Shown: positions 8,805-17,194, numbered from the stretch's first letter. The stretch: 24,976 nucleotides of DNA from Candidatus Odinarchaeia archaeon (GCA_029856525.1 JAHQXC010000010.1:1-24976); one strand, 5' to 3'. Numbers and translations are program-made. The notes: generated from the sequence alone by a model not told the origin.

Positions 8805-9809
8805 TCATTCAGCTGATATTTTTTTAAGGCTTAGGTTAAGCTTCTCAGCTAATATTTCTTTTATTTTTTCAAGAGCCTCCTCCCCGTTGACAACGCCGTT
8901 GCAGCCTGCCGCAGAGCTGTGACCTCCCCCCTGGCCTTTAATTATAGGCCCTATAGGCTCCATTAAATCTTTAGCTAAGTTTATACCCGTCTTCTTAACG
9001 AATTCTGTTGAAGCCCTGCCGCTGATTCTTACATTATCCTTGTCTATATTAGCCACAATAGCTAGATCAGCTCCTAACTGGATTATAGCTCTACTAGCGC
9101 TTGCTTCAAATGAGCCTAGCTTAGAGATTGCGATAATCCACTCCCCGGCCTCGTATAAATCCATTCTTTTAACCGCTTTAAGCCTAGCTATTTTCTCAGA
9201 TCTATCTTTCAAAGGGTTTAGTAGAAATAGAACTTTATCATAATCTAAACCTGTTTTAACAAGCTTATACGCTGCTAGAAAAGTATTTGTATTAATTAAA
9301 TTGAAGCAGCGTGAGTCGTATATTATCCCTGCTAGTAGTAGAAACTTTGAAGCATAAGATAGATTTGCGTTGAAACACTCGCTTAATTCGAAAATAATCT
9401 GGGATGTAGCAGGATAATCCGGTTTAATCAGATGAGCGGCGCTGAATTCAGCTATCTCTGAATGGGGTAGATGGTGATCTATTAAAACAACTCTATCTTT
9501 AACTAAATTTAAGCCGGTTTCACCTAGTTGAACCGGGTTGTTAGTGTCTACTAATATAATGTAGTCGTATTCATTTTTAAAATCGCATAGATCCTCTAAT
9601 TTTAGCTTAACTTCTTCGAGGAGAGTTGTTGAAATCTTGCTTACACTGTCGAATATTATGCTCACCTGGCAATTATATTTCTGTTTAAGTATTTCTCTGA
9701 GAGCTATAGCGCTGGCTACAGCGTCAGGGTCTCCGTTTTGATGAAAGCTGATAACTATTCTCTTATTCTGGAATCTGTTGAAAAAATCATGTAAGCTTGA
9801 ATTCAACAA
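8805..9809 (-). CDS. DHH/DHHA1 phosphoesterase (NrnA/RecJ-like)
   Basis: FHQNGDPDA, ILVDTN, LIDHH, GIIYDS, GGGHSSAAG. Confidence 0.9.
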   Translation of the reverse strand: MLNSSLHDFFNRFQNKRIVISFHQNGDPDAVASAIALREILKQKYNCQVSIIFDSVSKISTTLLEEVKLKLEDLCDFKNEYDYIILVDTNNPVQLGETGLNLVKDRVVLIDHHLPHSEIAEFSAAHLIKPDYPATSQIIFELSECFNANLSYASKFLLLAGIIYDSRCFNLINTNTFLAAYKLVKTGLDYDKVLFLLNPLKDRSEKIARLKAVKRMDLYEAGEWIIAISKLGSFEASASRAIIQLGADLAIVANIDKDNVRISGRASTEFVKKTGINLAKDLMEPIGPIIKGQGGGHSSAAGCNGVVNGEEALEKIKEILAEKLNLSLKKISAE

Positions 9810-9810
9810 G

Positions 9811-10080
9811 CTAACCTCGCAGTTCTTTCTCCAATATTTTATGAGCTAAATCAACGCTTTCTTCGATTAGAGACTGATATTTTTCAGATAATGGGCCGGC
9901 GTCTAATTCTATTTCAACATTCACTTCTAGAGTTTCATCCAATTCTACGTCTATTAAAATATCGAGGCTGTTAATTAATTTCTTACTTATTTTAGATTCA
10001 ATATACTCTCGGATGTGTTCTTCAACTCTGTTAATAATCTCTGCGAGCTCGTCTGAAGTAAAATTTTTCATATAAGACAA
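9811..10080 (-). CDS. DUF3194-like small acidic protein
   Basis: Size, LDILIDVELDETLEVNVEIEL pattern and conserved position after pfdB. Confidence 0.7.
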   Translation of the reverse strand: MSYMKNFTSDELAEIINRVEEHIREYIESKISKKLINSLDILIDVELDETLEVNVEIELDAGPLSEKYQSLIEESVDLAHKILEKELRG

Positions 10081-10091
10081 TTAAACACCTT

Positions 10092-10460
10092 TCAATTACC
10101 AGGCGGGCTTTGACCGGCTTTCAACTGAGATTGAATTTTTATACTCAACTCTTGTACTTGTTTTCTTAACTGTTCCTCCTGTTTTAGAAGAGCTTTCACT
10201 CTAAGCTCAAGGGTTTCCTTCGACTCATTTAACTCAGATTCGAACTGTGCTTTACTGCCTCTCATTAGAAGCGGGCCGACTGACTTATAAACTACAGGTT
10301 CACCTTCTAATTTGCTGAGCTCTGCTAAAGCGAATTCTGTTTCTTTAAGTTGAATCTCCATTTGCGTGCGCTGCGCGAGTACTAATTCATATTGTTGCTG
10401 CAGCTGCTGTAGTCTTATAAGATCCTGCTGGATTGACGCCGGTATTTCAGGCGAAGACAT
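10092..10460 (-). CDS. pfdB: Prefoldin beta subunit
   Basis: Coiled coil with LQQLQQQ, VVYKSVGPLL beta hairpin, second coiled coil. Confidence 0.93.
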   Translation of the reverse strand: MSSPEIPASIQQDLIRLQQLQQQYELVLAQRTQMEIQLKETEFALAELSKLEGEPVVYKSVGPLLMRGSKAQFESELNESKETLELRVKALLKQEEQLRKQVQELSIKIQSQLKAGQSPPGN

Positions 10461-10462
10461 AT

Positions 10463-10729
10463 TTATTTAACCTCCTTAATCATTTTAGTTTTCTCTATTA
10501 TATTTATCCATCTAGTATAGGTATTTATCATGGATCTTAAAACTGTTAAATCTTTTGCTTTAAACTCTATTTTTAACTTATTCCCCTCGCTGTGAAATTG
10601 AACTCTACCTCTCCTCGTTTTCTCTTCGTTTACTTCAGGTGTTAGAGCGGATAAAGTAACCTCCACTTCATACGGGGTTTCATATAAGAATTCTAATTCG
10701 CAATATATAGGGTACTCCGTTTCAACCAC
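10463..10729 (-). CDS. pcc1: KEOPS complex subunit Pcc1
   Basis: ALTPEV...RGRV...IEFKAKDLTVLRSMINTYTRWI. Confidence 0.85.
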   Translation of the reverse strand: MVETEYPIYCELEFLYETPYEVEVTLSALTPEVNEEKTRRGRVQFHSEGNKLKIEFKAKDLTVLRSMINTYTRWINIIEKTKMIKEVK

Positions 10730-10730
10730 C

Positions 10731-11267
10731 TTAAATTACATCTTTAATTTTAAGCCTTGGGCCAAGCTCACTCATTGATGGAGCTGAGTAAAATTTAAGT
10801 ATTATCTCATTTACCTCCCATTTAAAATAGAAAACCACTCCGCTAATACTCTTCAATCTTTCAACATTGATTTTTCTAACGCCTAAACTGTCTAGTAATT
10901 CGCTTAACCTCCCGCTTAAATTCAATGGAACACCCCCGTCTATAATATAATAGCGGGGGATGTTTTCAGGGACTCTTAAATTACTGATAGATTTCTTCTC
11001 CTCGAACTCTGAGATTAGTAGAATATTTCTTCCTATAATAGTTGTATCATCCTTTATTCGAATAATATTAATAGATGAGGGCGTGTTCTTCTTAGAGTCC
11101 ACGATCACCAGATTACTTTTACCGAGCTGGATAGCTTGAGCTATTAAAGATGATAGGTTTGCTTTCCCACGGTTAATTCTAACGCAGCTAGGTAAGATAT
11201 AAGATAACTCTCTGATGAGAATTCTAGCCTTCACCGATGGACGACGCGATGTTGTAATTAAACTCAT
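10731..11267 (-). CDS. Brix/Imp4-like ribosome biogenesis protein
   Basis: LITTSRRPS..AR...RINRGK N-terminus; C-terminal GPRLKI; position after rpl37ae. Confidence 0.85.
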   Translation of the reverse strand: MSLITTSRRPSVKARILIRELSYILPSCVRINRGKANLSSLIAQAIQLGKSNLVIVDSKKNTPSSINIIRIKDDTTIIGRNILLISEFEEKKSISNLRVPENIPRYYIIDGGVPLNLSGRLSELLDSLGVRKINVERLKSISGVVFYFKWEVNEIILKFYSAPSMSELGPRLKIKDVI

Positions 11268-11276
11268 AAAAGTATC

Positions 11277-11546
11277 TCAGGCTTCGCTTTCAACTTTGGA
11301 ACTGCTTCTCAAAGAGAGTTTACCAGCCTCTGTTTGCGGAAGCCAGCAGCCGCCTGCGAATTTATAATTACACTTCTTACACTGCCATATCCCTAATCCT
11401 ATTCGCTTAACCTTAGGTGTTGAACATCTAGGACATTTATGCGGACCTCTCATTTTAGCCTCTATTCGACTAACCAGTTTACGGATTCTAACACCGTACC
11501 TGGCTCCAAATCTCCCAGCTGAACCAACCTTTTTAGTATGACCCAT
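11277..11546 (-). CDS. rpl37ae: 50S ribosomal protein L37Ae (eL43)
   Basis: TKKVGSAGRFGARYG; CPRC...CKKC zinc ribbon; FAGG. Confidence 0.97.
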   Translation of the reverse strand: MGHTKKVGSAGRFGARYGVRIRKLVSRIEAKMRGPHKCPRCSTPKVKRIGLGIWQCKKCNYKFAGGCWLPQTEAGKLSLRSSSKVESEA

Positions 11547-12356
11547 TTACATCACCTTAGATAACTCGCTAAATATTTTCTCAGAGGATTTATTAGCTAG
11601 TATGATGGCTTTCTGGATTTCCTGATATCTGAATGATGACTCGCCTCCCTTCTGAATCGCGCATATTTTACCTTCCTCGTTGAAAGCTACAGTTATTCTC
11701 CCATCCATTATCCGTTCCTCGCTGCTATCAGGGTCTACGATGAGGTAATCACCTACTTTAGCAATAGTAACAGCTGCAAGCTTCCCTTTTAAAGGTATAG
11801 GCTTCATAGAGTCTTTGATTAGTTCAACATCTTCACCGGTGACTTTAACATCCGGTAGTCTAAGGTTTTTAAGAGCGGCTAGCGCCGCCATCGAAGAAGC
11901 ATCGAAGAGATTTCCGTCACTGTCTAACACGTATATGTCAACGAATAGAATCCATACTTTCTTACCTGGAATAATACATAATTGCTTCCTATCAATTATA
12001 TCAGAGTGGCGTATACCTCTATCAACTACTCTAGCTAATTCTATAGCGTCAAAGTTAGGCGGACCGGGTTCAAAAGTTGGAAAAGCCATTGGAAGTAACT
12101 CCGCGCCTAGAGTGATAACCCCTTCATCAGGGGTGTCAGGGAATGGCGCGCCTAACTCGACTTTAACACCCACTATAACCTTAGTATCACCTAATTCTAC
12201 TTTAGCTGAGCCGTCTGCTTTACTCACGATACCTGTTTCAATTTTAATAGGCCTGTACTCGTCTAGGCTTCTACCGTCTAATCTCTTACCTTTAGCGATT
12301 TTAGCTATTATCTGGTTTCTCTCTATTTCAGAGACTATTTTATAAACTTCACTCAT
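11547..12356 (-). CDS. rrp42: Exosome core subunit Rrp42
   Basis: RLDGRSLDEYRPI, GSAKVELGDT, ELARVVDRGIR, DSDGNLFDA, AIQKGG; ATG 12356 preferred. Confidence 0.96.
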   Translation of the reverse strand: MSEVYKIVSEIERNQIIAKIAKGKRLDGRSLDEYRPIKIETGIVSKADGSAKVELGDTKVIVGVKVELGAPFPDTPDEGVITLGAELLPMAFPTFEPGPPNFDAIELARVVDRGIRHSDIIDRKQLCIIPGKKVWILFVDIYVLDSDGNLFDASSMAALAALKNLRLPDVKVTGEDVELIKDSMKPIPLKGKLAAVTIAKVGDYLIVDPDSSEERIMDGRITVAFNEEGKICAIQKGGESSFRYQEIQKAIILANKSSEKIFSELSKVM

Positions 12357-13143
12357 TCTCTTCAACCTCTTTGGTTATTTCAACTTTAACCTCCGATTCA
12401 TCCGCAACCTCGTCTCTTATTGAAAGGTATTTGTTTCTTAAAGCATCTCTTTGAAGCTGGTATATTTTACTGATACCTGTCTTACCGAGTTCAAGAGCTT
12501 TATTAAATTCTTCGATAGTAAACTGGCCGTCCATCTGGAGTAGAGTTACATCGCCTCTACGGTATAACATCGCCATAGGCATATCCGCTTCACCGTATTT
12601 GTCTTCTAAATCATTTAAATCGAGTATTATTTGCCCGTCAGCTTTCCCTACAGCGCAAGCCGCCACCAGGTCTCTTAAAGGTATCCCTGCGTCGGCTAAA
12701 GCTAAGCTCGCAGCGTTTATGCTAGCGCATCTAGTCCCGCCGTCAGCTTCAATTATCTCGATGTAAACGTCTATTGATGTACGCGGATAGTATTCTAAGA
12801 AGATCGCTGGCTGAAGCGCTTGAGTGATTATCATTGAAAGCTCTGCTTCTCTTCTACTAGGCGCTGGGCTTTTACGCTCTGAAACCGAGAATGTGGCCAT
12901 TCTATAAAGGCATCTGAGTAAAGCCCTGTCTTGGAGAGCCAGGTGTTTCGGGTGTAATTCACGGGGGCCGTAAACAGCCGCTATTATTTTATTCTTTCCA
13001 TGTTCAACGTATGCTGATCCGTCGGCTTGACTTAAAACGCCTACTTCAAATTTTATAGGCCTCAACTCATCAAGCTTCCGCCCGTCAAGCCTCAGTCCAT
13101 CGCTTCCTATAAGTTTCTCAGGTATTTTTTCCTCGAATAACAT
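12349..13143 (-). CDS. rrp41: Exosome catalytic subunit Rrp41
   Basis: RLDGRK, ADGSAY, YGPRE, YRMATFS, ADGGTR, LDLNDLED, ADMP. Confidence 0.97.
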   Translation of the reverse strand: MLFEEKIPEKLIGSDGLRLDGRKLDELRPIKFEVGVLSQADGSAYVEHGKNKIIAAVYGPRELHPKHLALQDRALLRCLYRMATFSVSERKSPAPSRREAELSMIITQALQPAIFLEYYPRTSIDVYIEIIEADGGTRCASINAASLALADAGIPLRDLVAACAVGKADGQIILDLNDLEDKYGEADMPMAMLYRRGDVTLLQMDGQFTIEEFNKALELGKTGISKIYQLQRDALRNKYLSIRDEVADESEVKVEITKEVEENE

Positions 13144-13831
13144 TCAATTTCTCCTCTTTAAGTTTTTTAATTGTTTCTTTAACTCTATCAGTTAGCCCGG
13201 AGGTGTGTGCTTCACGCTCTATTTTCCGTAAAACTGCGACGAGTATGTCCTCTATAACATCGTTGCTCGTTGAAAACCATATGAGCCCGTTCTGACCGAT
13301 TTTTATTCTATCAGTTAACTCTTCTTTCAACAATTTTATCATAGAGCCTTTTTTACCGATCACCCTAGGTACTCTAGTTGGATGAATTTTTATTATTCTA
13401 CCTCCGACTAACTTTCCTAAACCCTCCTCATCGACTGTGAGGATTGGATCATGAGTTCTATCAAAAGAGATTATTTTAGCGATTATATTCTCGCCTACAT
13501 CGAATTGTATAAATTTCTCGCGTCCACGTCTGCCGGTTTCATTCGCGGTTGAAGGGAAAATAGCCGCGGAATAAAGGGAGTTAATGTCTATTCGCATACC
13601 TGCAGGTGAAGAATTTAAAACTTTACCTATAACGATATCTCCAACTTTAGGGTAGTATGGACCCTGAAGCGGGATAACTGATACCACTTTACCCTTTAAA
13701 ACAGCTAAGCCTAGTATTGATGAGTAAACCTTATTGCCTTCTTTAAAGCTGCCTTCTCCGCTTAAATAATCTCCTTCAGCTAAGAGTTCGCCTGGAGAGA
13801 CTATTTGGTTATTCTCAAAATTGACAGGCAT
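13118..13831 (-). CDS. rrp4: Exosome RNA-binding cap subunit Rrp4
   Basis: IVSPGELL, YYPKVGDIVIG (S1), VPRVIGKKGSMI (KH), GQNGLIW, HTSGLTD. Confidence 0.96.
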   Translation of the reverse strand: MPVNFENNQIVSPGELLAEGDYLSGEGSFKEGNKVYSSILGLAVLKGKVVSVIPLQGPYYPKVGDIVIGKVLNSSPAGMRIDINSLYSAAIFPSTANETGRRGREKFIQFDVGENIIAKIISFDRTHDPILTVDEEGLGKLVGGRIIKIHPTRVPRVIGKKGSMIKLLKEELTDRIKIGQNGLIWFSTSNDVIEDILVAVLRKIEREAHTSGLTDRVKETIKKLKEEKLNVIRGKNT

Positions 13832-13853
13832 TTAAATTATTACACCTCTCATT

Positions 13854-14576
13854 CTACTGCTTCTTTTTCACTATAGCTGAACCCTTAGTAGCCTTATTTA
13901 AAGCTTCGATGAATGTTGTCTGCATACCTCCCGGTACCTCTACTACACCGTTCCATGATCCGTCGGCACCCCAGCTCTCTTTAACTATGTTACCGAACTG
14001 TGAGACTATGTTATATGCTTTACCTGAGAAAGTGGCTGGGATTGTGACTTCAAATGAAGCTGACTCCATTCTTATAGGCATAATTTCCTGTAGTTTTTTA
14101 ACTATGTCTTTAGCCTGTTCTTCAGGATTCTTCCACGGATCGATTTGAATCTTAGCTTCATCTATTCCCCTTTCAATTCTCTGAGGGGGGTGAGGGAGCT
14201 TGGTTTGCGGGTTAATACAGTTTTTAGCAAGTATGGAGATAATTCTCTTCTTCTTATCCTCTATCATCTTCTTCCTCTGCTCAGCTGTCAGTTGAAGAGT
14301 CCCCTCTCTCAATATTCTCTCCGCTATTATGAGAGGGTCTTTCGTTCCGAAAACCCGCTCCATACTTTCAGGGGATGCTTTTTTACCGTGTTTTAAATCT
14401 TCGAATATGATGAATCCTTCCAATATTTCATCGAGACTTATGTTTACTCCTCTACGAAACTCGTATGCTTTATTAGGTTCAACTAGAATTTCGAAGTTTT
14501 CCCCGTCTTTCTCGTATCTAGCTATTACATGGTTGCCTAATTCAACCCATTTATCGCCGCGCATTTCAGGTGACAT
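13854..14576 (-). CDS. sdo1: Ribosome maturation factor SBDS/Sdo1
   Basis: ARYEKDGENFEILV, QLTAEQR, INPQTKLPHPPQRIE; ATG 14576 follows an AGGTG SD (the track's GTG is part of the SD). Confidence 0.96.
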   Translation of the reverse strand: MSPEMRGDKWVELGNHVIARYEKDGENFEILVEPNKAYEFRRGVNISLDEILEGFIIFEDLKHGKKASPESMERVFGTKDPLIIAERILREGTLQLTAEQRKKMIEDKKKRIISILAKNCINPQTKLPHPPQRIERGIDEAKIQIDPWKNPEEQAKDIVKKLQEIMPIRMESASFEVTIPATFSGKAYNIVSQFGNIVKESWGADGSWNGVVEVPGGMQTTFIEALNKATKGSAIVKKKQ

Positions 14577-14590
14577 GAAATTCACCTATT

Positions 14591-15304
14591 TTAAAGAGCT
14601 TCAATATATGATTTCACTTCTTTAGGTTCTAAAATTTTAAACACCCTGTCGTCTGTTTTAACAACCGCTATTTCGAGTTTATTAAAAGAGAATTCTGTTT
14701 CTATAACCTGCTTTAAAGCTTTTAACGCTAGTTTAATAGAGTCATCTAAAGTTAAGCTCTCTTTATACTCTTTTTCAAGTATTTCTTTAACTGTCTGCGC
14801 GCCGGCCCCGATCGCCTGAGCTTTATAACCCCAATAAGCACCGCTCGGATCTGTCATAAACAATTTAGGCCCTTCAGCGTCAACTCCGGCTATTAGAAGG
14901 CTTACACCGAACGGTCTAACACCTGCATGTTGAGTGTAAAGCTGTTTTAAATCACATATCTTCTTAGTAAGACTCTCAATAGATATTATTTCATCATAGG
15001 TTAAACGGTTTATCTGAGCTTCTATACGCGCTTGATTGATTAGAATTCGAGCGTCCGCGGTTAACCCGGCTATCGCAGCCCCCACATGCTGGTCTATTAT
15101 AAATATTTTTTCAACACTCTCCGGATCCTGTAGGTTCATAACTCTTTTTTCAACAGCTAAAACAACACCTTCAGATGTTTTAACACCTATAGCAGTAGTT
15201 CCACGCCGAACGGCTTCTATAGCGTATTCAACTTGGAATAGTCTACCGTCAGGGCTGAAAATAGTAATAGCCCTGTCATAGCCCATACCTGGTTGAGCGA
15301 ACAT
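14591..15304 (-). CDS. psmA: 20S proteasome alpha subunit
   Basis: YDRAITIFSPDGRLFQVEYA, GTTAIG, RPFGVSLL, DPSG. Confidence 0.98.
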   Translation of the reverse strand: MFAQPGMGYDRAITIFSPDGRLFQVEYAIEAVRRGTTAIGVKTSEGVVLAVEKRVMNLQDPESVEKIFIIDQHVGAAIAGLTADARILINQARIEAQINRLTYDEIISIESLTKKICDLKQLYTQHAGVRPFGVSLLIAGVDAEGPKLFMTDPSGAYWGYKAQAIGAGAQTVKEILEKEYKESLTLDDSIKLALKALKQVIETEFSFNKLEIAVVKTDDRVFKILEPKEVKSYIEAL

Positions 15305-15360
15305 TATAACACCCCGATCATATTAGAATCGATTAATACCGTGAAATAGTATACGATATT

Positions 15361-15375
15361 ATTTTAAACTTTTAA
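15361..15375 (-). promoter_or_regulatory. Probable psmA operon promoter (TAAAAG-TTTAAAAT)
   Basis: BRE-like A-tract plus TATA about 60 nt upstream of the ATG; GGGGTG SD next to the start. Confidence 0.4.
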
Positions 15376-15471
15376 TTAACGATTAACTGCATGCTTAATA
15401 AATATTTTTCAAACCGTTTTTTTAACACGATTACCATAACAATAATTGAAATAAATATATATAATTTGCCT

Positions 15472-15556
15472 TCTCAGCTTACTCAGCTGAGAGATGTCTT
15501 CTAAGCTTCGAAGCTTAGTAATGAGATTAAACCATCAGGATCAATGAATAATCTCA
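15472..15556. ncRNA. Three tandem stem-loops, possibly part of an sRNA or a structured 3' region
   Basis: TCTCAGCT/AGCTGAGA (15472-79/15485-92); perfect 18-nt palindrome CTAAGCTTCGAAGCTTAG (15501-18); TGAGATTA/TAATCTCA (15522-29/15549-56). Confidence 0.4.
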
Positions 15557-15579
15557 GCGAATTTTTAACATGTAAGCGA

Positions 15580-15653
15580 AATGTAGAGGTCCAATCGTCG
15601 CAGGCTCATCATCGTATTCAGACTGGGGTTGGCGGATTTCATCCCTCTACATT
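15580..15653 (-). ncRNA. Putative box C/D-like (K-loop-containing) small RNA
   Basis: Perfect 10-bp terminal stem enclosing GGGATGA (C-like), a 17-nt spacer, CTGA (D'), ATGATGA (C'), a 13-nt spacer and degenerate (T)GGA (D-like). Confidence 0.55.
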
Positions 15654-15685
15654 CTATATTTCAATTTTAACCGCTAAAAACTTTT

Positions 15686-16021
15686 CTAAATATCCAAGTA
15701 TTTCCTCTTAGCGTTTTTCATAGTCCCAGATACGCCTATAGTATAAATTGTAAGAGGTTTACCTGCTAGCTCGAATATGGAAGCGAAAGAAGCTCTGATC
15801 AATTGAACTGCATTATGCCTGCACTCTATAAGACCTTTTTTAGAATCCTCTTTATATACGTGAAGCCAGAGGTGGGTTTTACTAGCCCCAACCTCTCCGA
15901 ATAATTTCATAAGTTGGCTGGAGAGTATTTTTAAAACGTCTCTTTCACTTAGATCGCCGTCGTATAATACTTGAAAAGCTATATATCTTTTACGCGGTTT
16001 AACTTTTATTTCACCCACCAC
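15686..16021 (-). CDS. rnp2: RNase P protein Pop5/Rpp14
   Basis: PRKRYIAF, GLIECRH, IYTIGVSGTMKNA. Confidence 0.93.
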   Translation of the reverse strand: MVGEIKVKPRKRYIAFQVLYDGDLSERDVLKILSSQLMKLFGEVGASKTHLWLHVYKEDSKKGLIECRHNAVQLIRASFASIFELAGKPLTIYTIGVSGTMKNAKRKYLDI

Positions 16022-16667
16022 CCTTATAAATAGAGGAGTATTCTTCGAATATTATCCTCGGAAAATCTGAGACCGTCTTCTTAGCATCAGATTCTTCAAT
16101 GTCGAAGACTTGGAGTAATGCGATAACATCTCTTGGAGCTCTAAGCTGGAAGATATTATTAGCCCCGGAGGAGACTATTAAACCGGCACCGTAATTCAAG
16201 ATTTCGTTAAGTTTCTCTGAGAGTATACTAATTTTTTTAACAAACGGATAATCCCTGTTATAGATTAATTCTAGTAATTGAATCTCGAAAAAACAATTAT
16301 TTTCACAGGCGAGTTTCATAGTTGAGCGCTGCAGTTTTTTAATATTCTCCAAATTTAAGCATAGTATTTTAATCACTCCGCTATCCGCGCACCAATTAGC
16401 TACAGAGTTGTTTTGAGTGTAAACTGAAATCAAGACCCGCTTATCCCTAAGCGGTTTAAGCGCTCTTTTAACTTCACCAACAGTGTTGGCGACTATATTT
16501 ATTCTAGGAATTATTTTATTTCTTTGAAAGTTTAAATCAGGTAAATTAACTTTACTCGATAAAGCTAGACCTGTATAGCCGAGTTTAAAACAATGTTGGA
16601 GTATACTATTCAAGTATTCGACTCCATTATTCTGGTAGACTATGTTTAAATCGTAGAATTTAACCAC
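16011..16667 (-). CDS. rnp3: RNase P protein Rpp30
   Basis: KFYDLN, LGYTGL, FFEIQL, IVSSGANNIFQLRAPRD. Confidence 0.9.
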   Translation of the reverse strand: MVKFYDLNIVYQNNGVEYLNSILQHCFKLGYTGLALSSKVNLPDLNFQRNKIIPRINIVANTVGEVKRALKPLRDKRVLISVYTQNNSVANWCADSGVIKILCLNLENIKKLQRSTMKLACENNCFFEIQLLELIYNRDYPFVKKISILSEKLNEILNYGAGLIVSSGANNIFQLRAPRDVIALLQVFDIEESDAKKTVSDFPRIIFEEYSSIYKGGG

Positions 16668-16694
16668 GCGAGTACACCTAAATTATTCGAGTAA

Positions 16695-17153
16695 TTATTC
16701 TAGAGAGAGTATACGGTTATATTCCTTTATAATCTCGGTTTTCGAGGTCGGCTTCTCCTTCCTTAATTTAGCTTTCAATCTGATGATGTCACCGGTATCA
16801 AATTTAAGCGCCACAACGCCTTTATAAGACATGTTCTTGTTTACGCGAAGATAGAAACTACCCGCTTCATCAACGTATAATTCTAAATTTTCAATTAAAT
16901 CACGCTGTTCCTCGGGATGTAGCCGTTTAAAAATAAGATTAAGCGTTCTACGAACTTGAAGATCACCCTCTAAGATAATATTAAACTTGATTATAGGATT
17001 ATGGTAGTGGCCTTCTAGTTTAGCTCTATTTATTTTAATCGATGAATGGAATTCAACAGGTATCAGGTTTTTAACAGCCTGTATCACTTTATCCTCATCT
17101 TCTGTTGCATGACATAAAACTTCGAAGTCTATATCCTCGAATAAAACTGGCAT
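16695..17153 (-). CDS. DUF54/COG1325-type RNA-binding protein (predicted exosome-associated)
   Basis: CHATEDEDKV, EGHYHNPI, FYLRVNK motifs; conserved position after rpl15e. Confidence 0.85.
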   Translation of the reverse strand: MPVLFEDIDFEVLCHATEDEDKVIQAVKNLIPVEFHSSIKINRAKLEGHYHNPIIKFNIILEGDLQVRRTLNLIFKRLHPEEQRDLIENLELYVDEAGSFYLRVNKNMSYKGVVALKFDTGDIIRLKAKLRKEKPTSKTEIIKEYNRILSLE

Positions 17154-17194
17154 CCACTACACCTCTAAGCTTAGACTCTTCGATTAAACTGAGC

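Noticed and set aside
6815-9243. Plus-strand ORFs 6815-7093, 7417-7656, 8142-8528, 8443-8643, 9040-9243
   Set aside because: Antisense shadows of ecfT/ecfA/DHH with Ser/Ile/Leu-rich, motif-free translations.
11815-15281. Plus-strand ORFs 11815-12345, 13909-14148, 14145-14396, 14329-14625, 15036-15281
   Set aside because: Antisense to highly conserved rrp42, sdo1 and psmA; typical reverse-frame artefacts.
15472-15560. Mini-CRISPR array (CTCAGC/AAGCTT recurrences)
   Set aside because: No equal-length direct repeats with regular spacers and no cas genes.
15581-15652. tRNA or tRNA-Sec (7-9-bp acceptor-like stem, about 72 nt)
   Set aside because: No T-arm TTCRA loop, D-arm or anticodon stem on either strand.
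15580-15653. SECIS element (AUGA...GA core in the 3' region of pop5/rpp30)
   Set aside because: Pop5 ends in TAG, and read-through of the Rpp30 TGA adds only N-K-S before a TAA; helix II is poor and no selenoprotein candidate is in the window.
15466-15660. RNase P RNA next to the RNase P protein genes
   Set aside because: Conserved CR-I (GAGGAAAGUCC) and CR-V elements are not present in the right order; too short and too AT-rich.
17164-17175. Perfect palindrome TCTAAGCTTAGA upstream of DUF54, resembling the 15501 palindrome
   Set aside because: CTAAGCTT/AAGCTT is frequent throughout the window, including coding regions, so specificity is doubtful.
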